DNA of 64,000 nt from Octopus sinensis (Eukaryota): positions 33,046,001 through 33,110,000 of the forward strand of contig NC_043002.1 of the NCBI RefSeq assembly GCF_006345805.1. The letters are read 5' to 3'. Positions 56,508 through 64,000 of the stretch are shown here, in pieces; position 1 is the stretch's first letter; every line of letters starts with the position of its first letter. The translations under genes and the position numbers were made by a program. Under the pieces are notes generated by a model that saw only the letters and a list, made by a program, of their open reading frames with translations, searched no databases and was not told where the DNA came from.

Positions 56508-56584
<77 letters not shown>

Positions 56585-59072
56585 AATATATATATACTTA
56601 TATATATACATATATATGTATACATGCATATATATGCAAACAAGTATATATAGGTAGGTAGGTAGGTAGGAAGGAATAAAATATAACAGCTCGAGGGCAA
56701 CTAATCCATGTTACCAGAGAGCTGCCGCATAGCGCCAAATAAAAGCAAACCTTGATTAAAAACACATGCATACATATACAAATACAAATAAAGGCACACA
56801 GAAATTCATCAATAAAGTTACACAAACACTAATAATTGGTGCAAGATATATACACTCAATGCGGAATTCAAATATGATCGATCACAGAAACACATTTCCA
56901 AATCCACCCCAAAAAATAAATCTTTTCGTGGCATTTATGAATAAAATCCGAGACACTTCCCGAAACAAACTTCTTTCTAAAGAAAGAAACAGACTAGAAC
57001 ATAAGCGTATTAACACGCATACACCCATCCCTAACAAACAACCTTCGTGAGCTTACTTGACAATTATATAACGTGATAAATAAATTTCCCAATAATTTCG
57101 AGAAAGATGAAAATAACAAAGCACCTAAACACACCACTAAGCTACAAACTTAATAATAATAAAAATACCAGTAAACAACCTGCTAAAAAAAAGAACAGCC
57201 AACCAAAACACACAAAATCAACAAATAGACAAGAAAAATTAAGTCAACAGAAACGAATAAGAGATCACATACACACCAACGAATATAAATAAATGTCCAC
57301 AGCGAGTTGTAACAATTCTCACCTGGAGATCGTGAGAGCATGAAACGTGAATGGATTTCAATCAGAATTTCGTACCATGGGTTTTTAGTTCTTCGATGAA
57401 GGGTCTTTGAATGAGTGTGTAAGTGAAATAGCTTTCGACAGGTACTTGTATCCTTAGTTTAATTCTCCGACAGAATTAGCGTGGCATAGTGCGTGATAAA
57501 ATTAGTGGTAAAATACAACAGACAGGTTTCCACACAGTTTTCATCTACTATATTCCACCCACAAGGCAGTATCCGCAAGAGACAATAGAAAATGTCACCT
57601 GCCCATGATGTCACACAGTGAAATTGAAGCTGGGACCTCATGACTTTGAAACAAACTTCTTAACTATTCATATTGCGCCTACTCATTTAAAATGTACTTT
57701 CTCTCCCTCTCTCCTTCTTTCTGCCTTTACGTATTATTTATATACCTGTGTGTGTGTGTATGTGTGTGAGTCTATCTATCTGTCTGTCTGTGTGCATAGA
57801 TACAGAGAATAAAGAAAATAGGCTGGCTGAATAAGAGAGAGAGAGGAGAGAGATGAGTAAAAAATTGAAAATGAGAGATAAAGAGCATGCAAAAGAAAAG
57901 GAGAATAAATTCAAAATATTAAAAGATAAAGTTGGCATCCGAGAAAAATAGTAAATAATAACATCGACTGATGAAAGATAATTCACGGTATACTATCTAA
58001 ACAATCATTATATTTATATTATCCTAGATGCATAATTATTTCTCGTTGCTAAAGTTAAATATTTCGTATATTACGTGCTTGTTGGATGCTGTGGACTTCC
58101 ATTAGTCTAATAACTCACGAATCTATACCAAGAATATTCTTTCTCAAGATACACGGAAGAACATAAATTTTTTCGTGTAAGACGAAACAGTTGTCCCAAT
58201 GTGTAAGTCTTCTTTCCCTATATTTATCGAGTTATCGACTATTGCATTGTTAAACGGTTCAACACACAACCACGTGCTTCATAACATCCCTACCCACTCG
58301 AACTTTATTGCACTTTAAGTCAGCCGACTGGCCAGAGTCCGCCGGTTTTATGCTACTTATCCCTGACAGCAAATGTTCTCTCCGGACCATTCAAAAATAG
58401 CTATGCAAAAACCATGCTTTCGGACCCACAAAAAAGGTACATCTCATACCCTCCAATTGGTTTATTCGCAATTGTGCTGCAGCTATTCAGGAAACAAAAA
58501 ATAAGCTCTACAACACCTGAAGACTCTTACTCATTTTCCCCAAACTGAGTGCGAGACACAATGCAACGTAACTCTTATATGACCCCTATCCGGTTTGCAA
58601 AGGATGCCTTCGTGCATCGCGTTGCCTTCAAGGTTTCCTACCTCATAAACTACAACAGATCCTCTTGCTCTCTTGCCAAAAGGTTATGCAACAAATTTGC
58701 CGAGTTATCTTTTCCTCCTCTAAGCAACGATGACTCAATATGCTGAGCTCTCGTGTTGAAAACCTCCACCTTCGCTACCTGCATTGCATCAAGTTGCACA
58801 TTACATATTCTTAGCCACTCTTCATCAATTTTCTCTCTTCTATTCCAATGGATTTCTCATCCAGCTCACACATACCACACGTGCCAAATGCCTCCAGTTG
58901 CTTCAAAAACAAAACCACCAGCCCTAAAAACAACCATACCATTATATTTAAGTAAAGAGCACCTGAACCTACAAATGCATTCACCAAACTTTTTAATCTT
59001 TCACTCTCTTCGGGGATATACCCTGACATTTGGAAAGTTAATCCCTTCAAACCAGCGAGCTATATTTCCATT

Positions 59073-59273
59073 ACAGTTCTATATTTAAGAGATGAGGAAT
59101 TATGTACATTTTTTACATTATTTACATTTGACGGATATTTGTCCTCATCTTGTTTGTTGTTTACACAACGTTTCGGCTGATATACCCTCCAGCCGTCATC
59201 AGGTGTTTTGGGGAAATTTCGAACCTGGGTTCTCATTCCTAAGGTATTTTTCGATGTTGTTGTTGTTGTTGTT

Positions 59274-59304
<31 letters not shown>

Positions 59305-59444
59305 TTATTCGGGTCACTGCCTGGAATCGAACTCGGAATCTTGGGGTTAGTAGCCCGTGCTCCTAACCATTACACCATATGCCCGTAGTTGTTAAGAGCG
59401 CGGGCTACTAACCCCAAGGTTCTGAGTTCGATTCGTGGCAGTGA

Positions 59445-59517
<73 letters not shown>

Positions 59518-59678
59518 TACATCGAAAAATACGTTAGGAATGAGAACATAGGTTCGAAATTTCCTAAAGACACCTGATTAATGCTGGAGAGCATATCAGC
59601 CGAAACGTTGTGTTAACAACAAACAAGATGAGGTCAAATATCCGTCAAACGTAAATAACGTAAATAATGTAAAAAATG
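59073..59678. mobile_element. Head-to-head inverted dimer of a tRNA-head/(AAT)n/hammerhead element with a 12-bp TSD
   Basis: Left unit (minus) at 59073-59384 and right unit (plus) at 59385-59678; TSD tatatttccatt at 59061-59072 and 59679-59690. Confidence 0.85.
59163..59206 (-). ncRNA. Minimal type I hammerhead ribozyme motif (mutated partner copy at 59569-59614, plus strand)
   Basis: ACAC-CUGAUGA-C-GGCUG gaggguauau CAGCC-GAA-ACGU-U-GUGU. Confidence 0.7.
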
Positions 59679-60567
59679 TATATTTCCATTGCTCGTACAT
59701 TTAACCACCCCAAGGTAATGAAGAAAGCCATTAATGATAATGTTGTCCAGCACCTTGAATTTCTCTTCTCAGTGACCATCAGTACGGCTTCCGCACAGTC
59801 ATTTCCATTGAAGGCCTACTTTCTTATGTCATTCACCAGTAGGTTCTAACTTCAGAGAAGTTCAGGGAAAACAGTTTGGTTTCTCTAAACTCCTGTAAAG
59901 CTTTCGACCGTGTCTGGTTTGCAAATCACCTATCAAAACTTACCGCCTATAGACTCCGCTTATCTCTCATCGCTTTGATGTAGCTTCCTATCAGATCGCA
60001 CTGTGCATTATTGTAGCTCTTTCTTCCTCACTCACAATCAGCAAAGTGTTCCCAAGGGTTCAATTTTGTCGCCCACTTTCTTTCTACTATATATCAATGA
60101 CCTACTATCCGTCACATCCAACACCGTTCATTAGTATGTTGAAGACACGACCCTTCAATTATCTCTATCTTTCTTTAATCAGCTATCGTCCATAATCTTA
60201 GACATTAACACGTCAAATGTACATTAATTTTATAACGAGAGAAATTGAGAGAATCCTCTGGTAGGCCATGCCAACTGTGTTTTTAACAACGGAATAGTAA
60301 AAAACAATCAAGCGATATTTATATAAAAAAAATTGTACTACAATCCTTCTAAACATAGGTTGCACTCAACTAGAACCTTCACAGTCGCTTTAAATGTTGG
60401 ATTTCACCATCAACGAGGGTCTCCCCTACCGAAAGAACATCATTAACATAGCTAGGACCGCATACCAAAGACCAGTCCTCTCGATTAGGGCCAGAGGATA
60501 TCTCAGCTCCCAACAACTGCTGAGACTCTAGTGAAGCCTTTCTGGAACAACGATGCTGCTGCTGCTG

Positions 60568-60611
<44 letters not shown>

Positions 60612-60748
60612 GCTACTACTACTACTGTTACTACTAACAAAGAAATCCTAGATTTCATCTAGAGAAGAGTCACTTAGTTGAGTTGCACTTCACCAACGAA
60701 CACACTTCAGCTCATGATCCACAGTTGTGCTGCTTCGTCCCTTTGGCA

Positions 60749-60981
60749 TTTCTTATTTCTTTATTGTCCACAAGGGGCTACACACAGAGGGGCTAAACAA
60801 GGACAGACAAACGGATTAAGTCGATTACATCGACCCCATTGTGTAACTGGTACTTAATTTATCGACCCCGAAAGGATGAAAGGCAAAGTCGACCTCGGCG
60901 GAATTCGAACTCAGAACGTAGCCGCAGACGAAATGTGGCTACGCATTTCGCCCGGCGTGCTAACGTTTCTGCCAGCTCGCT
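60749..60981 (-). mobile_element. Family A SINE (tail variant ii)
   Basis: Matches 43869-44093. Confidence 0.85.
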
Positions 60982-61497
60982 GTGTACAATATACTTATCA
61001 TCAAATGCCTTTCAGTCATGACCATCACACTTATGATTCGCGTGAGATTTACCTGTTGTTTCTAGCAGATTAAGCAACTACATCGACGCTCCTTGATCTA
61101 ATATAGCCATATACTGTTAATTTTGATCATGTTGATCTTGATCATCGAACCATGACAGCAACGTCTACTATCAAAATAATACTACCCGGTACATGTCTTT
61201 TACTTTAACAGGGACATTATTTCATCAAACACCGTTTATAAGTAACGTATCCCTTTTTAAATCAATAACATTATAATATATTAAAAAACAAGTTGTTGAG
61301 GGAGATAGATAAAATAATGGTTTAGTTAGTATTAATATGCTTTAGTCAAGGATCATTAAAAGAGAGAGAGAAAAAGTAAAAATAAAATAGAAATACTGAT
61401 ACCCTGGTACAATTATGTGTAATTATTTCACGAGAGCCATTATTTTGTGAAACACCGTGTGCAACATACGGGTCCCGTTGCTAGATCAATAATAATC

Positions 61498-61627
61498 ATG
61501 GCTTCTATTCGAGTCTCCTTATTCATTATTCTCTACATATTCTCCGTCGGTCTGACTCTGTTGGTACATTGCAGACGACATGATGACGAAGAGGAAGAGA
61601 AGAAAAAAATGTCATGTACATATTTTG
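61498..61627 (+). CDS. Probable first coding exon of a secreted or membrane protein of unknown family
   Basis: aataatcATGg context; MASIRVSLFIILYIFSVGLTLLVHC (signal peptide) followed by RRHDDEEEEKKKMSCTYF; strong phase-1 donor TTTG|GTAAGA. Confidence 0.6.
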
Positions 61628-62385
61628 GTAAGAGAAGCATGTCTCTTTCCTGCATGGATTTCTTTAGTCACACTGTTTTTGTTTGTGGTGTTTGCTCAAA
61701 AAAAAAAACAAAAAAAAAAATTACCGTCTGCTCCATTTAGTCTTTGATATCGGATACAGCTGCTACTGTTGTTGTTGTTGATGATGATGATAGTGATGTT
61801 GATGAAGAGGAGGATCTTGATAATTCTGATGATGATGGTGATGATGATGATCATCATCATCATCTTCATGATCAGCATCACCGCATCGTTATCAACAGCT
61901 GTATCATCAGCATCATCATCAACAACAACAGCAGCAACTATATTGATGCTCCTATTATTGTTGTTTAACTACCGAGCAAATCTTTGATCAAAGATATTCC
62001 AACCATGACCATCACGTCTGTTATTCAAATATCAATTGTATTAAAGACTAAATACACTTATTTTTTAATTAAGACAGTCGTCTGATTTATGCTATATTTG
62101 GTTGCTATTTCTAGCAGATTAGATCACCACATACAGGCTCACTTGTTGGCTTCCTGCTGCTGTTGTATTTAAATCTTAGATTTTCCTTCTCACAGCATCG
62201 CAGGTCGTTGTTGTGATCTAGATTTAATTACAGAAAATGGGTGGGAATGAAAGCAACCAGCTAAATATTAAACTTACTTTATAAATTTACCCTTCATTTT
62301 GTGCCGAGGAAATTATGCAACATGCTTTGCTCTGCTCGTGCATTGATTTAATATACATACATAGATATATGTTTGTGTGAGTGTG

Positions 62386-62426
<41 letters not shown>

Positions 62427-63140
62427 TTCGGATATTTTTCCTTAAATATAAAGAACGTATATGAAAGTATTTTGTATTCTTATCTGGATTTCGGTCAACA
62501 ATCCATCCCGTATGCCAAGTGCGATGGCGCGCGCGTGTGTGTGTGGTGGTGGTGCATTATTGTAATTCGAAGATGCACTGGTCTTCGATCTATTCGGTAG
62601 GAGATTCCAATGTATGCTAGGAAGAAAAGAAAAATGCTTATGCATACATTCACGCGAATGTTTATGTGCGTGTATTTTTCTAGTGACTTTGAAGTGTAAG
62701 ACTGTTCAATACACAAATCGTATACGTTTTTTTCTTATGATAATTAAATATCACATATTCATACACACACACACATATATATATATATATGTGTGTGTGT
62801 GTTATACAGACTCACAAATGTGTTTGCATATTAAATGTTTATACACAGATATAAACAAAGGCGAAATTAGTATGGTAGTTGCTGGATTTTGTGGGGAGAA
62901 GAGCCACTTGATTCTAGCCATAATGGGACGAAATAGTGGATATATTTATTATTACCTTACGTTATTAGCTATTCCAACTGGTAATAACAGACACCATCGA
63001 CACAGGTCGCTTCGTATAATACATACATACATACATACATTCTATATATATATATATATTATATATATATATATATTATATTATATTATATATACACATA
63101 AATACAAGCGATCATACATGTACGTGCGCACACACACACA

Positions 63141-63290
63141 CAGTTGTCCCTCGGTTTATACAGGGGATAGGTTTCACAAGTCACCGTGTAAATCAATAAA
63201 TAATAACAAATCGAGAGATGTGTTTTTAATGATGTTATTTATTAACACGAAACAAAATACTCTAACAAAATTTTAAATGTAATGTATTGA
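63141..63290 (+). mobile_element. pogo/Tigger-like transposon terminus
   Basis: cagttgtccctcggtttatacaggggataggttt resembles Tigger/MER2-type TIRs; the other end was not found. Confidence 0.4.
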
Positions 63291-63436
63291 AATGAGGAGG
63301 ATAATAATTCGATTATCATATATACGTATATGATGGAAAGGAATTGTAAAATTGGGATGCTAGAGAAGTAAAGTAAACAATAGAAACGGAAAGTGAAACT
63401 AACGATAATGATTATTACTATTTCATGTCACCTTAA

Positions 63437-63640
63437 GGCGGAGAACTGGCAGAATAGTTAGAGCGACCGAAAATGTGCTTTTAGGAATTCTTTTACAGTT
63501 CTTTACGTTCCGAATTCAAATTGTGCCGGTGTCATCTTTGACTTTCGTCCCTCTGAGGTCGATAACATAAAACGCCATGAGTCTATATTATTGACTAACC
63601 GCATCCCTTCTAAATAGCTGTTTTTATGCCTAACACAGAG
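63437..63640 (+). mobile_element. Decayed family A SINE
   Basis: ggcggagaactggcagaatagttagagc...ttcaaattgtgccggtgtc. Confidence 0.65.
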
Positions 63641-64000
63641 ACAGTAGTTGTTTCAAGTCACTTGTTTTTCAATACACATTAATGGTGATGGTATGTGAAA
63701 TAACGAATATTTTTAATGTACTCGAAATTTCATGGACCTATTGATTTGATGTAAAGTTAAAACAAAAATAATCGACCATATAGTGAAATCGTGTACCAAC
63801 AGTATGTATGTATGTATGTATTATGTATGTATGTATGTATGTATGTAAAAGAATACAAAAAATGGGACAAGAATGCAAAACATCCAGGCAGTTAGATGAT
63901 ACAAAAGAGGGACAAGAAAAAACAAGGACAGGTCATTCGGAGTTTTCTTTCTTCAATTGAGTTCCAGATTATCTTTGCAGTTTTGGCTGGTTATACTCGA

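Larger units (their letters stand above)
58200..60740 (+). mobile_element. Decayed CR1/L2/Jockey-group LINE (APE-type)
   Basis: KAFDRVW, GSILSPTFFLLYINDL and Y(VE)DT remnants at about 59900-60150; interrupted at 59073-59678. Confidence 0.7.

Noticed and set aside
59311-59384. Possible tRNA gene
   Set aside because: Acceptor and T stems pair poorly and it is fused to the same repeat body in both copies, so it is treated as a SINE head.
61744-61968. Asp/His-rich ORF resembling a biomineralisation or metal-binding peptide
   Set aside because: Compound (GTT)/(GAT)/(CAT) microsatellite just inside the predicted intron, with no ATG start or acceptor support.
62614-63276. 220-aa ORF
   Set aside because: Crosses (CA)n and (TA)n tracts, with no domain or convincing splice signals.

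Overview
AT-rich eukaryotic genomic DNA saturated with microsatellites and transposable elements. The repeat families and a diverged 28S fragment suggest an octopus or other coleoid cephalopod (inference, not verified). Almost all long ORFs in the supplied track are microsatellite read-throughs or decayed transposon frames. Splice-site reading recovers two probable host genes. The first is a minus-strand Ly6/uPAR (three-finger, quiver/sleepless-like) secreted protein gene, with a signal-peptide exon at 19556-19619 and a Cys-rich exon at 9827-9984. The second is a signal-peptide first coding exon on the plus strand at 61498-61627. Mobile elements include a full-length mellifera-type mariner, two DD37D maT elements, several MITEs, a Helitron, RTE, Tx1/L1-like, CR1/Jockey-like and many Dong/R4 LINE remnants, and three tRNA-derived SINE families. 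The most unusual signal is a set of hammerhead-ribozyme (HHR) motifs in Penelope-like/retrozyme-like repeats. These include an apparently intact type I HHR (3208-3268), a decayed three-unit tandem HHR array (5340-6002), and a tRNA-headed (Pol III) element carrying an HHR, inserted as a head-to-head inverted dimer with a 12-bp target-site duplication (59073-59678). Also notable are a 555-bp non-coding (TAA)n-associated retroposon with a 5'-truncation series and a 28S rRNA fragment that begins at the R2 insertion site. All alignments, folds and translations were done by eye.
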